From: Ruminococcus intestinalis
GTDB taxonomy: Bacteria; Bacillota; Negativicutes; Acidaminococcales; Acidaminococcaceae
Length of the DNA: 64,000 nt
Assembly (NCBI GenBank): GCA_963657675.1
Contig: CAVKMV010000003.1
Location: forward strand, 1,059 to 65,058
Reading direction: 5' to 3'
Part shown: piece after piece, positions 29,845 through 40,351 of the stretch
Numbering within the stretch: the first letter of the stretch is position 1
Layout: each line of letters begins with the position of its first letter
Translations under genes and position numbers: made by a program
The notes under the pieces: generated by a model
What the model was told of the DNA's origin: nothing
What the model saw: the letters and a program-made list of their open reading frames with translations, nothing else
Databases searched by the model: none

Positions 29845-31992
29845 TTATTTAGCGTCAACGCTTAATACAGTTTCTGTAGTAGCCTTTTTTGCCGGACGGA
29901 AGAACAGATACAGGAAGCCTGCCAAGAATACGCAGGCAATGCCTGTGCCAAAGTCAAAGGCCTCGCCGCCAACAAAGACTCTACCAAACTGGTACACCAT
30001 CAGGCCGATGCTGTAAGCATACACGTTTTGGAAGATGATGGTGCTCCAGGTCCACTTCTTGCTGTTCATTTCCTGGCTCATGGTCGAAATTGCGGCCAGG
30101 CAGGGAGAATCCAGCAGGTTGAATACCAGGAAGGTGAAGGCAGCAGCGGCACTCGGGAAGAAGCCCATAACCGCAGTCCACAGATCGGCGCTGTCCTCGG
30201 CCTCATCAGCCAGGCCTGCCAAAATAGCCATGGTGCTGACGATGGATTCCTTGGCAACAAAGCCGGAGAAGGCAGCAGCAACAGCCTGCCAGCTGTTAAA
30301 GCCAAGCAGTGCAAAGATCGGGGCGATGCCGTTACCGATGTAGGCAATAAAGCTCTTTTCGGTATCAACCATGCCCACGCTGCCCTCGTCAATACCAAAG
30401 GTAGCCAAAAACCACATTACTACGCAGCACAGGAAGATGATGGTACCGGCCTTTTTGAGGAAGCCGGCAACGCGCTCCCAGGTATGCAGCAGAACGTTTT
30501 TAGCAGCGGGCAGATGGTACGGCGGCAGCTCCATAACAAAGGGAGCAGGGTCGCCGGCAAAGAGCTCTGTCTTTTTGAGGATGATGCAGGCGCTGATTAC
30601 AGCAAAAAAGCCTACAAAGTACATAATCGGGGCCATATACCAGTCACCGCCCATGATAGCGCCGGACAGCAAAGCTATAACCGGCAGCTTGGCGCCACAG
30701 GGGATAAAAGTGGTGGTCATGATGGTCAGACGACGGTCCTTTTCGTTTTCGATAGTGCGGCTGGCCATAATGCCCGGAACGCCGCAGCCGGAGGAAATCA
30801 AGAGGGGAATGAAGCTTTTGCCGCTCATGCCGAACTGACGGAAGAAGCGGTCCATGATGAAGGCAACACGGGCCATATAGCCGCAGTCCTCAAGGAAGCT
30901 CAGCAGCAGGAAGACAACTGCCATCTGCGGTGCGAAGCCGATAGGCGCGCCAATACCGCCGATGATGCCGTCAACGACCAGGGATACCAGCCAGTCCTCA
31001 CATTCAGCAGCCTCCATGTGCTCCTGCACCCAGGGCTGAATCCACTCGCCAAACAGCGTATCGTTAGTAAAGTCGGTTACGATAGTACCAATGGTATCAA
31101 CAGCAATGAAGTATACCAGGAACATAACTATTGCGAAAATAGGCAGTGCCAGGAAACGGTTGGTAACGATGCTGTCGATCTTATCCGAAGCAGTCAGGCC
31201 GGTGTGACCCTTAGTTACTGCCTTTTCCATCAGCTTACCGATGTAGTCATAACGCTCGCTGGTGATGATGCTTTCGGCATCGTCGTCAAGTGCTTCCTCA
31301 CAGGCGGCAACGATTTCTTCAACCTTGGCCTGCTCGTCACTTGTCAGATGCACAGCCTTCATAATCTCCTTGTCGCGCTCAAACAGCTTTACCAAAAGCC
31401 AGCGCTCTGCTGCGCCCTGCACCTTGCGACCGGCAACAGCGGCAAGCTTTTGCAGCGCTGCCTCCACCTCTTCGCTAAAGTGCATATACTTAGGAGCACC
31501 GGCGCCGATAGCGGCAATAGCCCTTTCAGCGGCCTCCTGGGTACCCTCGCCCTGCAGGGCAGAGGTTTCGACGATTTCGCAGCCCAGCTCTTCGCCCAGC
31601 TTTTTGATGTCAATCTTATCGCCGTTTTTGCGGACGATATCAATCATGTTCATGGCGATGGTCACAGGATAACCCATTTCCATAACCTGGGTGGTCAGGT
31701 ACAGGTTACGCTCAATGTTGGAGCCATCAACCAGGTTCAGCACGCCGTCAACGTCACTTTCCAAAAGGTAGTTGCGGGACACAACCTCCTCTAGGGTGTA
31801 CGGGGACAGCGAATAAATACCGGGAAGGTCGGTGATGATAACGTCGTCGTGACCCTTCAGGCCGCCTTCCTTCTTTTCTACGGTTACGCCAGGCCAGTTA
31901 CCGACATATTGGTTAGAGCCTGTCAAATCATTAAACATAGTAGTTTTGCCGCAGTTGGGGTTACCAACGAGGGCAATTTTAATCTGCTTCAT
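29845..31992 (-). CDS. feoB: Ferrous iron transport protein B
   Basis: GNPNCGKT, VGNWPGVT, DLPG, MELPPY. Confidence 0.97.
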   Translation of the reverse strand: MKQIKIALVGNPNCGKTTMFNDLTGSNQYVGNWPGVTVEKKEGGLKGHDDVIITDLPGIYSLSPYTLEEVVSRNYLLESDVDGVLNLVDGSNIERNLYLTTQVMEMGYPVTIAMNMIDIVRKNGDKIDIKKLGEELGCEIVETSALQGEGTQEAAERAIAAIGAGAPKYMHFSEEVEAALQKLAAVAGRKVQGAAERWLLVKLFERDKEIMKAVHLTSDEQAKVEEIVAACEEALDDDAESIITSERYDYIGKLMEKAVTKGHTGLTASDKIDSIVTNRFLALPIFAIVMFLVYFIAVDTIGTIVTDFTNDTLFGEWIQPWVQEHMEAAECEDWLVSLVVDGIIGGIGAPIGFAPQMAVVFLLLSFLEDCGYMARVAFIMDRFFRQFGMSGKSFIPLLISSGCGVPGIMASRTIENEKDRRLTIMTTTFIPCGAKLPVIALLSGAIMGGDWYMAPIMYFVGFFAVISACIILKKTELFAGDPAPFVMELPPYHLPAAKNVLLHTWERVAGFLKKAGTIIFLCCVVMWFLATFGIDEGSVGMVDTEKSFIAYIGNGIAPIFALLGFNSWQAVAAAFSGFVAKESIVSTMAILAGLADEAEDSADLWTAVMGFFPSAAAAFTFLVFNLLDSPCLAAISTMSQEMNSKKWTWSTIIFQNVYAYSIGLMVYQFGRVFVGGEAFDFGTGIACVFLAGFLYLFFRPAKKATTETVLSVDAK

Positions 31993-32005
31993 CTTCAGCC
32001 CCCCC

Positions 32006-32227
32006 TTATTCTACAACGATATGCTCTGCTTCACCATTACGCAGGGTAAGCTCGTAGCCACGCACGGTTACCTCCACCGGGTCACCTAAGGGTGCCACCT
32101 TGCGGACAAACACAGAAACACCCTTTGTTACGCCCATATCCATAATGCGTCTTTTAACTGCGCCCTCGCCAACTAATTTGGTTACGGTTACAGTTTCACC
32201 AACAGGAACATCCTTCAATGTCTTCAT
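32006..32227 (-). CDS. feoA: FeoA
   Basis: RRIMDMG, APLGDP, LR motif. Confidence 0.92.
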   Translation of the reverse strand: MKTLKDVPVGETVTVTKLVGEGAVKRRIMDMGVTKGVSVFVRKVAPLGDPVEVTVRGYELTLRNGEAEHIVVE

Positions 32228-32246
32228 AACTTCCTCCATAAATCAC

Positions 32247-32459
32247 TCAAATAAATATTTTGGCTGCCATCTGCTTGCTCAAGGCAATGCGGGCCTCCTT
32301 AACATTGACGATCAGATTACCATCAATTTCAGAAATAACGCTTACGCCTGCGCCTTCTACAAAGCCCAGATTAGCCAAAAAACGTCTGGTTTCATCCTTG
32401 CCATGTACAGCGCTGATTGTGTGCTGCTCGCCGCGGCGGGCCATCAATAAAGGCATCAT
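32247..32459 (-). CDS. feoA: FeoA (second copy)
   Basis: LANLGF, RIALS..MA.KI. Confidence 0.88.
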   Translation of the reverse strand: MMPLLMARRGEQHTISAVHGKDETRRFLANLGFVEGAGVSVISEIDGNLIVNVKEARIALSKQMAAKIFI

Positions 32460-32478
32460 AGTTACCCTCCACAAAATT

Positions 32479-32535
32479 GTTAGCAGATACTAACTTTTTA
32501 GGATTTTTTTAGTAGTTAGGTTTCCCTAACTACTA
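32479..32535. promoter_or_regulatory. Two GTTAG-N6-CTAAC palindromes (DtxR/MntR-type operators)
   Basis: GTTAGCAGATACTAAC (32479-32494) and TAGTAGTTAGGTTTCCCTAACTACTA (32510-32535) upstream of feoA. Confidence 0.7.
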
Positions 32536-32678
32536 GTGAAAGTTTACGCCAGCTACTGCCTTTTGTCAAGACTTTTTTATAAAAGACACTGCTAATTTAC
32601 AAAAAAAGTTAGCCTAAGCTTGCTTGTTTACAAGCAAAAAGGCTGACTATAAAGTCAGCCTTTTATTTAATGTATAGC

Positions 32679-35600
32679 TTAAACCTTTTTATAGAGAATA
32701 CGAACAGAGTTCAGTACGCACAGGAGCGATACGCCGGTATCGGCAAAAACTGCCGCCCACATAGAAGCATAACCCATGAGGCCTGCAACCATGATGATAA
32801 CCTTGATGGTGAGGGCGAAAATAACGTTCTGCCAGGCGATAGCGCCGGTTGCACGTGCGATGGCGATGGCCTGCGGAATTGCCCTGACCTCGGAATTCAT
32901 GAAGACAACGTCGGCTGCTTCGATGGCTGCGTCAGCACCGCTGCCCATGGCAGCACCTGCATCAGCACCGGCCAGTACCGGCGCATCGTTGATGCCGTCG
33001 CCGACAAACATTACCGGGCCGTACTTGTTGCGCAGCATATTCAGCTCGCTCAGCTTATCCTGCGGCAGCAGCTGTGCACGCACCTCGTCAATGCCTGCCT
33101 CCTTAGCCACAGCCTGTGCTTCCTTCTGGGCATCGCCGGTGAGCATAGCAGTAACCAGGCCCTGCTTTTTGAGGGCGCTGATGGCTTCCTTGGCATCCTC
33201 CTTGAGGGTATCGTTAATCAGCAGCTGACCCATATACAGGCCGTTGTCTGCCACCAAAACCTCACTGCCGCTTTCAGCAGGGGTATAGCCTGCATATTCC
33301 ACGCCAAAGCGCTGCAGCAGCTTGGTGTTACCGCACAGCACCTGACGGTCGCCAAAGCTGGCAACCAGGCCTTCGCCGGCGATTTCTTCAAATTTATCAG
33401 GACGCAGCAGCGGCAGCTGCTTAGCCTTGGCAGCCTCCACGATGCTTACAGCGATCGGGTGGGTAGAAACTAATTCTGCACCTGCGCACAGACGCAGCAG
33501 CTCATCCTCGGCAATGCCCTCGGCAGCATTCACCCTTTGCAGGACGAAGTTGCCCTTGGTAACGGTGCCGGTCTTATCCATAACGACGGCGGCAATGTTC
33601 TTCAGGGCCTCCATAGCCACGCCGCCCTTAAAGAGGATACCGTACTTGGAGCCTGCGCCGATACCGGAGAAGAAGGCCAGCGGTACGCTCAGCACCAGAG
33701 CGCAGGGGCAGCTGATTACGAGGAAGGTGAGCGCGGTGTAAATCCACTTGTTCCAGTCACCGGTTACCAGCGACGGAATAACAGCGGTCAGCACTGCGGC
33801 AACAACTACAAACGGGGTATATACACGTGCGAAGCGGGTAATGAAGCGGTCGATGGTCGGCTTGCTGGCAGCAGCGTTTTCTACACTGTCCAGGATGCGG
33901 GTAACCATAGATTCTTCCAAAATCTTTTCTACGCGGATCTTGAGCATACCAGAGGTATTAACGCAGCCAGAAACGATTTCGTCACCATATTTGCGCTTTA
34001 CAGGTACAGGCTCGCCTGTTACTGGGGAAGTATCCACCAGGCTTTCGCCTTCAATAACTACGCCGTCCAGAGGAATGCGGTCGCCAACGCGTACCAGCAA
34101 AATATCGCCTACATGGGCGTCGGCAGCGGGGATAACCTTAACCTCCTCGCCCACCAGCAGGTTGACAACCTCGGGACGCATATCAACTGCGTCCATAATC
34201 TGGCCACGGCTCTTTTCTACAGCGCGCTGCTCAAAGTATTCGCCCACGCGGTAGAAGAACATAACGCCAACAGCCTCTTCCCAGGCCTGGATAGCAAAGG
34301 CACCCAGAGTTGCGACGGTCATGAGGAAGTTTTCGTCAAATACGTTGCCCTTAAGGATATTCTTCAGCGCTGTCCAGACAATGCGGCCACCCAGCAGGAT
34401 GTAAGCAAAAATCAGGCAGTACATATGATAGGCTTCGGGAATCAGTCCCAGCCATTCGGTAACGATGAAGACTGCGCCACCCAGAACGATTTCAATCATC
34501 GTCTGCTTTTCGCTCAGCTCGGACAAAATGCCGCCGGATTTTTTACGCTCCTCCAGCTCCGGTGCCAGGCTAGGTCTCTTTTCGGCCTCCACCAGAACTA
34601 CGCCCTCTTCTACCTTGTCAGTAACAGCCTGCATCTTTTCCAGCAGTCCGGTGTAATCCTTGGCAGTAACCTTCAGCTTTTTGGTGGTGAAGGTCAGCAC
34701 TGCGCTTTCAACCTCGTCCATAGCGTTCAGCGCACGCTCAATTTTGGCACCGCAGTTAGCACAGTCAAGGTTCTGCACCAGATATACTCTGGCACGGTCG
34801 TTAGAAAGCTGCGGACGGCGGTCACGCGGCACAACTACTACGTCCGATTCGATAGAGGTGCAGATTTCCTGGATTGCAGGCAGCAGGGCCTCATGGTCTG
34901 CAGCACTCAGACGCAGCTGCTTGGTAGCAAAGCTTACGTTGGCATAGGTAACGCCGGGCAGTTCCTTAATCTTGTATTCCATTTTAGCAGCACAGTTAGC
35001 GCAGCCCAAATTCTTCAATATATATACGCGTTTAATCTTGTCGGCATCCGGCATACGGCAGGTGCAGTTAGCCAGGCTTTCGCCGCACACATCGCAATAT
35101 TCCTCATGCGGATGACAAATTTCGCACTGGCAGTCGTCCGGATGACCGGGAACGTGATGGTCATGACCGTGGTCGTGGCCGCAGCCGCACTCGTCACCGT
35201 GGCTATGTCCGTGCTCATGCTCATGTGCGTGGTCATGGCCGCAACCGCACTCGTCACCGTGACTATGTTCATGTGCGTGCTCACCTGTGCCTTCATGGGT
35301 ATGCTCATGGCCGTGGTCGTGACCGCAGCCGCATTCGTCACCGTGGCTATGCGCGTGCTCATGCTCGCCTGTGCCCTCATGGGTATGCTCGTGATCGTGG
35401 TCATGGCCGCAACCGCAGGCGTCGCCGTGGCTATGTACGTGTGCGTGCTCGTGGTCATGGTCGTGACCGCAACCGCACTCGTCACCGTGACTATGTTCAT
35501 GTGCGTGCTCACCTGTGCCCTCATGGGTATGCTCGTGATCGTGGTCATGGCCGCAGCCACATTCGTCGCCATGGCTATGTCCATGCTCGTGCTCGTCTGC

Positions 35601-35837
35601 GCCCTCATGGGTATGATCGTGGTCATGGCCGCAGCCGCAGGCATCTCCGTGAGTATGCTTGGGAACATGGCCCATAGTCTTGTGGTCATGATCCTTGCCG
35701 CAATGGCCGCAGGTGCAGCCTTCAGGATGCTTGCTATAATCTTCAACACTGTCAATGCGGCCGTCAATCTGTTGATAGCTGCGCACATCATCAGCGCTGT
35801 TACGGATATCTTCCAAGTCATGCAAATCTTTCTGCAT
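32679..35837 (-). CDS. Heavy-metal (Zn/Cd/Co) P1B-type ATPase with His/Cys-repeat N-terminus and two HMA domains
   Basis: GCANC and DCANC HMA motifs, TGEP, CPC, DKTGT, HP, GDGINDAP. Confidence 0.95.
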   Translation of the reverse strand: MQKDLHDLEDIRNSADDVRSYQQIDGRIDSVEDYSKHPEGCTCGHCGKDHDHKTMGHVPKHTHGDACGCGHDHDHTHEGADEHEHGHSHGDECGCGHDHDHEHTHEGTGEHAHEHSHGDECGCGHDHDHEHAHVHSHGDACGCGHDHDHEHTHEGTGEHEHAHSHGDECGCGHDHGHEHTHEGTGEHAHEHSHGDECGCGHDHAHEHEHGHSHGDECGCGHDHGHDHHVPGHPDDCQCEICHPHEEYCDVCGESLANCTCRMPDADKIKRVYILKNLGCANCAAKMEYKIKELPGVTYANVSFATKQLRLSAADHEALLPAIQEICTSIESDVVVVPRDRRPQLSNDRARVYLVQNLDCANCGAKIERALNAMDEVESAVLTFTTKKLKVTAKDYTGLLEKMQAVTDKVEEGVVLVEAEKRPSLAPELEERKKSGGILSELSEKQTMIEIVLGGAVFIVTEWLGLIPEAYHMYCLIFAYILLGGRIVWTALKNILKGNVFDENFLMTVATLGAFAIQAWEEAVGVMFFYRVGEYFEQRAVEKSRGQIMDAVDMRPEVVNLLVGEEVKVIPAADAHVGDILLVRVGDRIPLDGVVIEGESLVDTSPVTGEPVPVKRKYGDEIVSGCVNTSGMLKIRVEKILEESMVTRILDSVENAAASKPTIDRFITRFARVYTPFVVVAAVLTAVIPSLVTGDWNKWIYTALTFLVISCPCALVLSVPLAFFSGIGAGSKYGILFKGGVAMEALKNIAAVVMDKTGTVTKGNFVLQRVNAAEGIAEDELLRLCAGAELVSTHPIAVSIVEAAKAKQLPLLRPDKFEEIAGEGLVASFGDRQVLCGNTKLLQRFGVEYAGYTPAESGSEVLVADNGLYMGQLLINDTLKEDAKEAISALKKQGLVTAMLTGDAQKEAQAVAKEAGIDEVRAQLLPQDKLSELNMLRNKYGPVMFVGDGINDAPVLAGADAGAAMGSGADAAIEAADVVFMNSEVRAIPQAIAIARATGAIAWQNVIFALTIKVIIMVAGLMGYASMWAAVFADTGVSLLCVLNSVRILYKKV
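35150..35660 (-). repeat. In-frame tandem repeat encoding 7x HGD(A/E)CGCGHDH
   Basis: Units of 26/28/20/28/28/20 aa plus a final partial unit. Confidence 0.9.
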
Positions 35838-35902
35838 TATAATCTACCACCCTTCTTTTTTGTTTTATCTTCAAGCTACTACATAATAAGTTTTTTAGAG
35901 TT

Positions 35903-35924
35903 CATATGAATACTCATTCATATG
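35903..35924. promoter_or_regulatory. SmtB/ArsR(CadC)-type operator
   Basis: CATATGAAT-ACTC-ATTCATATG palindrome upstream of the P1B ATPase. Confidence 0.7.
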
Positions 35925-36079
35925 TTTTAGAAAAAATAATATGAAAGGCTCCTTTGCCTTTCCAAGGACTCTTTCACTATAGATATTATATCACATAAAA
36001 CGTATGAGTCAATACTCATTTGATTTAAAAAGTAAAATTTTTAAAAATTGGGTACGGCACAGAGCCGTACCCAAAGGTC

Positions 36080-37060
36080 TTAGTCGTACAGATGGCAGGC
36101 AACCCAATGACCATGCTCAACCTCTTTAAGCTGTGGCTTAACCTGCACGCAATGCTCGGTGCAATGCTCACAACGGCTGGCAAACGGACATCCGGGGGGC
36201 AGATCCAAGGGACTGGGGATTTCGCCCTCAAGGGGTTCAATCTTTTCGCCAGCCTTGAAGTCTACCTTAAAGACTGCCTTCATCAATGCTTTAGTATATG
36301 GATGCTTGCAATGCTCTGCAATACGTCCATGCTCCATCCATTCTACCACATTGCCCAGGTACATAACGGCAACCTGATGGCACATCAGGTCTACCAGACC
36401 CAGGTCATGGGCGATAAACAGATAGGTAATATTTTTTTCTTTTTGAATGCGGCAGAGCAGCTCGCAAATTTTTTCCTGTACCGAAACGTCCAGCGCGCTG
36501 GTTGCCTCATCGCAGACGATGATTTTCGGTTCCAGAGCCAGGGCGCGGGCAATGCCCAGACGCTGACGCTGACCACCGGACATGCTGTGCGGATAACGGT
36601 CCTTAAATTCAGCAGGCAGTTCTACCATTTCCAGCAGCTCGGCAGCCTTTGCGTCCACCTCACTGCTTTTAATCATACCAAAGTTCTTCAGAGGCTCGGT
36701 AAGAATATCCTTAACCAGCATCTTGGGGTTAAAGGCCGCAGTCGGATCCTGGAATACCATCTGGATATTCTTGCGGTCCTGACGCAGCTGCTCGCCCTTA
36801 GATTTCATCAGGTCATGGCCTTCAAATATAGCCTCGCCGCTGGTAGCAGGATGAATGCGCAGCAACGTGCGCACCAGCGTACTTTTGCCGCAGCCGGATT
36901 CACCGATAATACCCAGAGTGCGTCCTTCGTAGGCGCGCAGGGTGATATTATCACAGGCTGTCAAAAATTTACCGCCATCCACAGCGAACTTTTTGGTAAG
37001 ATTATTGATTTCCAGTACCAGCTTACTGCGCTCATAAGTAGGTGTTACATCATTCGCCAT
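36080..37060 (-). CDS. Peptide/nickel ABC ATP-binding subunit (DppF-like)
   Basis: GESGCGKS, SGGQRQR, HPYT, C-terminal GCPFASRC. Confidence 0.92.
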   Translation of the reverse strand: MANDVTPTYERSKLVLEINNLTKKFAVDGGKFLTACDNITLRAYEGRTLGIIGESGCGKSTLVRTLLRIHPATSGEAIFEGHDLMKSKGEQLRQDRKNIQMVFQDPTAAFNPKMLVKDILTEPLKNFGMIKSSEVDAKAAELLEMVELPAEFKDRYPHSMSGGQRQRLGIARALALEPKIIVCDEATSALDVSVQEKICELLCRIQKEKNITYLFIAHDLGLVDLMCHQVAVMYLGNVVEWMEHGRIAEHCKHPYTKALMKAVFKVDFKAGEKIEPLEGEIPSPLDLPPGCPFASRCEHCTEHCVQVKPQLKEVEHGHWVACHLYD

Positions 37061-37844
37061 AATATGTCTTCCCTCCTATGATCGGTACTGCTCTCAGCAG
37101 CTGTTTCGTGTAGTCGTCCTGCGGATTTGCGATAACATCCTCGCGCTTGCCATATTCAACTACACGGCCACCCTTCATAACCATCAGCTTGTTGGATACA
37201 TAAGAAGCAACGCCCAGGTTATGGGTAACGATAATAACAGCTACACCGTACTCATTACGGATATCTACGATTTGACGGATAATCTGTGCCTGGGTTGTTA
37301 CGTCCAATGCACTGGTAGGCTCATCGGCTAACAGAATCTTCGGGCTGAAGATCATGGCCATGGCGATACCAACACGCTGACGCATACCACCGGACAGCTC
37401 AAACGGATAGCTGTTCATGATGTTTTCCGGATTCGGCAGACGTACATTGGTCAACATATCGCAGCACATCTTATAAGCCTGGTCCTTGGACTTATCCGGC
37501 TGATGTGCCTGGACGTAATCAATGAACTGCTGGCCGATGCGGCGGATAGGATTGATCATATTGCCGCTGTCCTGGAAAATCATGGACATCTCGCTGCCGT
37601 ACATTTTGCGCCATTGGTCGGGAGTATTTTTCAATACATCCTGCCCATCAAAGGTGATGCTGCCGCGGCTAACGCGGCCAGCACCAGGCAGGCAACCCAT
37701 AATAGCACGGATAACGGTGGTCTTGCCACTGCCGGATTCACCGACAATAGACATGATCTCGCCTTTATCCAGTTCTAAGCTGGCACCGGTTACGGTCAGC
37801 TTGCTGCCGTAGCTGATGTCTAAATCTTTTACTTCAAGTAGCAT
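37050..37844 (-). CDS. Peptide/nickel ABC ATP-binding subunit (DppD-like)
   Basis: GESGSGKT, LSGGMRQR, DEPTSALD. Confidence 0.92.
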   Translation of the reverse strand: MLLEVKDLDISYGSKLTVTGASLELDKGEIMSIVGESGSGKTTVIRAIMGCLPGAGRVSRGSITFDGQDVLKNTPDQWRKMYGSEMSMIFQDSGNMINPIRRIGQQFIDYVQAHQPDKSKDQAYKMCCDMLTNVRLPNPENIMNSYPFELSGGMRQRVGIAMAMIFSPKILLADEPTSALDVTTQAQIIRQIVDIRNEYGVAVIIVTHNLGVASYVSNKLMVMKGGRVVEYGKREDVIANPQDDYTKQLLRAVPIIGGKTYYGE

Positions 37845-37871
37845 TAAGCGTTACCTTCTTTGTTTAGTTAA

Positions 37872-39440
37872 TTAGTTAGCGGATTTGATATCCTTGGTCA
37901 GCCAGTAGTAATCGCAAGGCAGGATTTCTGCGTCAGCAATAGCTTTGGTGGAAACCATGTTGGTTTGCGGATGACCGAATACCAGGGATGCAGCATCGTC
38001 GAGGATGATCTTCTGCATTTCGATAATCAGCTCACGACGTTTTGCAGGGTCAAATTCTACACCCAGCTTGTCGGACAGAGCGTCATATGCAGGATTGCTG
38101 TAGCCGGTACCGTTTTGCTCTTGGCCAGTCTTCAGGTACATGTTCATGAATACTTCAGGATCGCCGGCTTGCAGGCACAGTACGTTGGAAATCAGCAGGT
38201 CATAGTCGCCCTTACGGCCGATGCCGTCCAGTACGTTGTAGTCAACGTTCTTCAGGTTAACCTTAATACCAACCTTCTTAGCGTCAGCCTGGGTAGCTTC
38301 TGCATACAGAGGCAGCTCAGCACGGCCGCTGTAGAATACGAAGTCCAGCTCCAGGTTCTTGCCGTCTTTATCAACATAACCGTCGCCGTTGGTGTCTTTC
38401 CAGCCAGCTTCTTCCAGCAGCTTCTTAGCGCTTTCAACATTGTATTGGTTCTTGTCGTATTTGTACAGCTCATCATAGCCATAGTCAACAGAAGGAGGCA
38501 GATACGGGCCGCCGGGAACGAAGGTGTCCTTCAGCAGAACCTTGTTGTAGGTTACGCGGTCCAGAGAACGCAGCAGTGCTTGGCGGACTTTCAGGTCACC
38601 CAGCGGTCTTTCAGGACGTACGTTCAGACGTGCAAGTACGTCACGCAGAGAAGCGATATTGGAGATGGTATATTTCTTCTCGTCTTTGAAGAGCTGCAGG
38701 TCGCCTGCTGCAATGTTGATAGCGAAGTCGATTTCGCCTTTTTGCAGGGCCATAGCACGGGTGTTAGGATCGTCAATGGTCAGGATGTCAACAGCCTTGA
38801 ACGGAACCTCGCCATCCCAGTATTTTTCGTTCTTAACCATTTCTGCTTTAGCCTTGGTGTAGGTCTTTACAGCATACGGGCCGGTGCAGATAGGTCCTTG
38901 TTTTGCAGTATCACGATCTTTGATAGTGGTGGTATCAACGATGATGAACAGCGGGTCACCCAGCATACCGGGCAGGGTCGGAACCGGTTTTTTGGTTTTG
39001 ATGATTACGTTTTGGCCTTCGCCTTTGATGGATTCATATTCGAACATGGATTTTGCACGTGCAGCCTTCTCGAAGGTACGTTGGATAGAAGCTGCAGCCA
39101 GCTCACCGGTCAGCTTGGTGCCGTTGGAGAAGCAGGCTTTATCATTGATGTGGAAGGTCCAGGTCAGCTTATCATCGGAAATGGTCCATTTATCAGCCAG
39201 CCACGGGGTGGAGTTCATCTTTTTGTCGAATTTAACAAGGCATTCGCCCAGGCCGTAACGCATTACAACCCAACCAAAGTAGTTATCAGTCGGCTCCAGG
39301 GAATCAGCAAAGTTGGTTACGCCAAATTTAGCAGTATCCTTGTGGGCTGCTTTTTTGTCGTCGCCGCCGCAGCCTGCTGCTGCAAAAGCCAGTAAACCGA
39401 TCATAGCCGCTGCTGCGGTAACCTTGTACATTTTTCTCAT
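37872..39440 (-). CDS. Family-5 (nickel/peptide) ABC substrate-binding lipoprotein
   Basis: Lipobox AAGC, FSNG, GTGPY-like CTGPY, YWDG. Confidence 0.9.
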   Translation of the reverse strand: MRKMYKVTAAAAMIGLLAFAAAGCGGDDKKAAHKDTAKFGVTNFADSLEPTDNYFGWVVMRYGLGECLVKFDKKMNSTPWLADKWTISDDKLTWTFHINDKACFSNGTKLTGELAAASIQRTFEKAARAKSMFEYESIKGEGQNVIIKTKKPVPTLPGMLGDPLFIIVDTTTIKDRDTAKQGPICTGPYAVKTYTKAKAEMVKNEKYWDGEVPFKAVDILTIDDPNTRAMALQKGEIDFAINIAAGDLQLFKDEKKYTISNIASLRDVLARLNVRPERPLGDLKVRQALLRSLDRVTYNKVLLKDTFVPGGPYLPPSVDYGYDELYKYDKNQYNVESAKKLLEEAGWKDTNGDGYVDKDGKNLELDFVFYSGRAELPLYAEATQADAKKVGIKVNLKNVDYNVLDGIGRKGDYDLLISNVLCLQAGDPEVFMNMYLKTGQEQNGTGYSNPAYDALSDKLGVEFDPAKRRELIIEMQKIILDDAASLVFGHPQTNMVSTKAIADAEILPCDYYWLTKDIKSAN

Positions 39441-39508
39441 TTGTTCATCTCTCCATTTCATATACTCAAAAGCTCAAAACAAATCAAGCCGGGACCGCGG
39501 CACAGGCC

Positions 39509-40345
39509 TTAGTCCTTAACATCGTTACGCGGGTCGAGCACATCGCGCAGATTGTCGCCCCACAGGTTGAATACCATAACGGTAACAAAAATTGCCAGAC
39601 CAGGGAAAATCATCAGCCAGGGAGCGGTCTGCAGCTGCTGACGGCCTTCATTCAGCATAAGGCCCCATTCAGGAGCAGGCGGCTGGCTGCCAAAGCCCAG
39701 GAAGGACAAGCCTGCCAGTTCCATCATCAGTGCACCAATATCTGCTGCTGCGGTGATTACCATCATCGGCAGGATATTCGGCAGTACGTGTACCCAAAGG
39801 ATGTGGGCGGAGGTACCACCGTTGACGATAGCGGCTTCAACATAGTCACGACGTTTGATTTGCAATACCAGACTGCGCGCCAGGCGGGCATATTTCGTCC
39901 AGCTGACGATCGTCAGCGCGATAATAGCGTTTACCAGGCTGCCGCCCATGATACCTGCTACGGCAATAGCCAAAATCATACCAGGGAAGGAAATCATCAT
40001 ATCAGAGATACGCATGATGACCATATCAACCTTGCCACCGAAATAACCGGAAACTACGCCCATCGTAGTACCAACGACGAAAACGCTGGCAACCAGGCAC
40101 AGTACGCCCGTCAGGGAAGCACGCGCACCGTAGAGCACACGGCTGAAGCAGTCACGTCCCAGCTTATCAGTACCAAACAGATGGTCTGCGCCAGGCTCCA
40201 TGAATGCATCCTGCATGGTGGCATGGGTGGGATCATAGGGTGCCAGCACCGGTGCGGCCAAAGCAATTGCAATCAAAAGCAAAACCAAAAGCGAGGTTAC
40301 GGCAAAAGCGCGGTTGGTTTTAAAACCATTAATAATTGTTTCCAT
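39509..40345 (-). CDS. Peptide/nickel ABC permease (NikC/DppC-like)
   Basis: GTDKLGRD, YVEAA, LSFLGFG..PP.PEWG. Confidence 0.92.
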   Translation of the reverse strand: METIINGFKTNRAFAVTSLLVLLLIAIALAAPVLAPYDPTHATMQDAFMEPGADHLFGTDKLGRDCFSRVLYGARASLTGVLCLVASVFVVGTTMGVVSGYFGGKVDMVIMRISDMMISFPGMILAIAVAGIMGGSLVNAIIALTIVSWTKYARLARSLVLQIKRRDYVEAAIVNGGTSAHILWVHVLPNILPMMVITAAADIGALMMELAGLSFLGFGSQPPAPEWGLMLNEGRQQLQTAPWLMIFPGLAIFVTVMVFNLWGDNLRDVLDPRNDVKD

Positions 40346-40351
40346 CAGCTC

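Noticed and set aside
35015..35821. Alternative-frame Thr/Met/Ala-rich ORF and antisense Arg/His-rich ORF (35225-35677)
   Set aside because: By-products of the His/Cys tandem repeat in the ATPase gene
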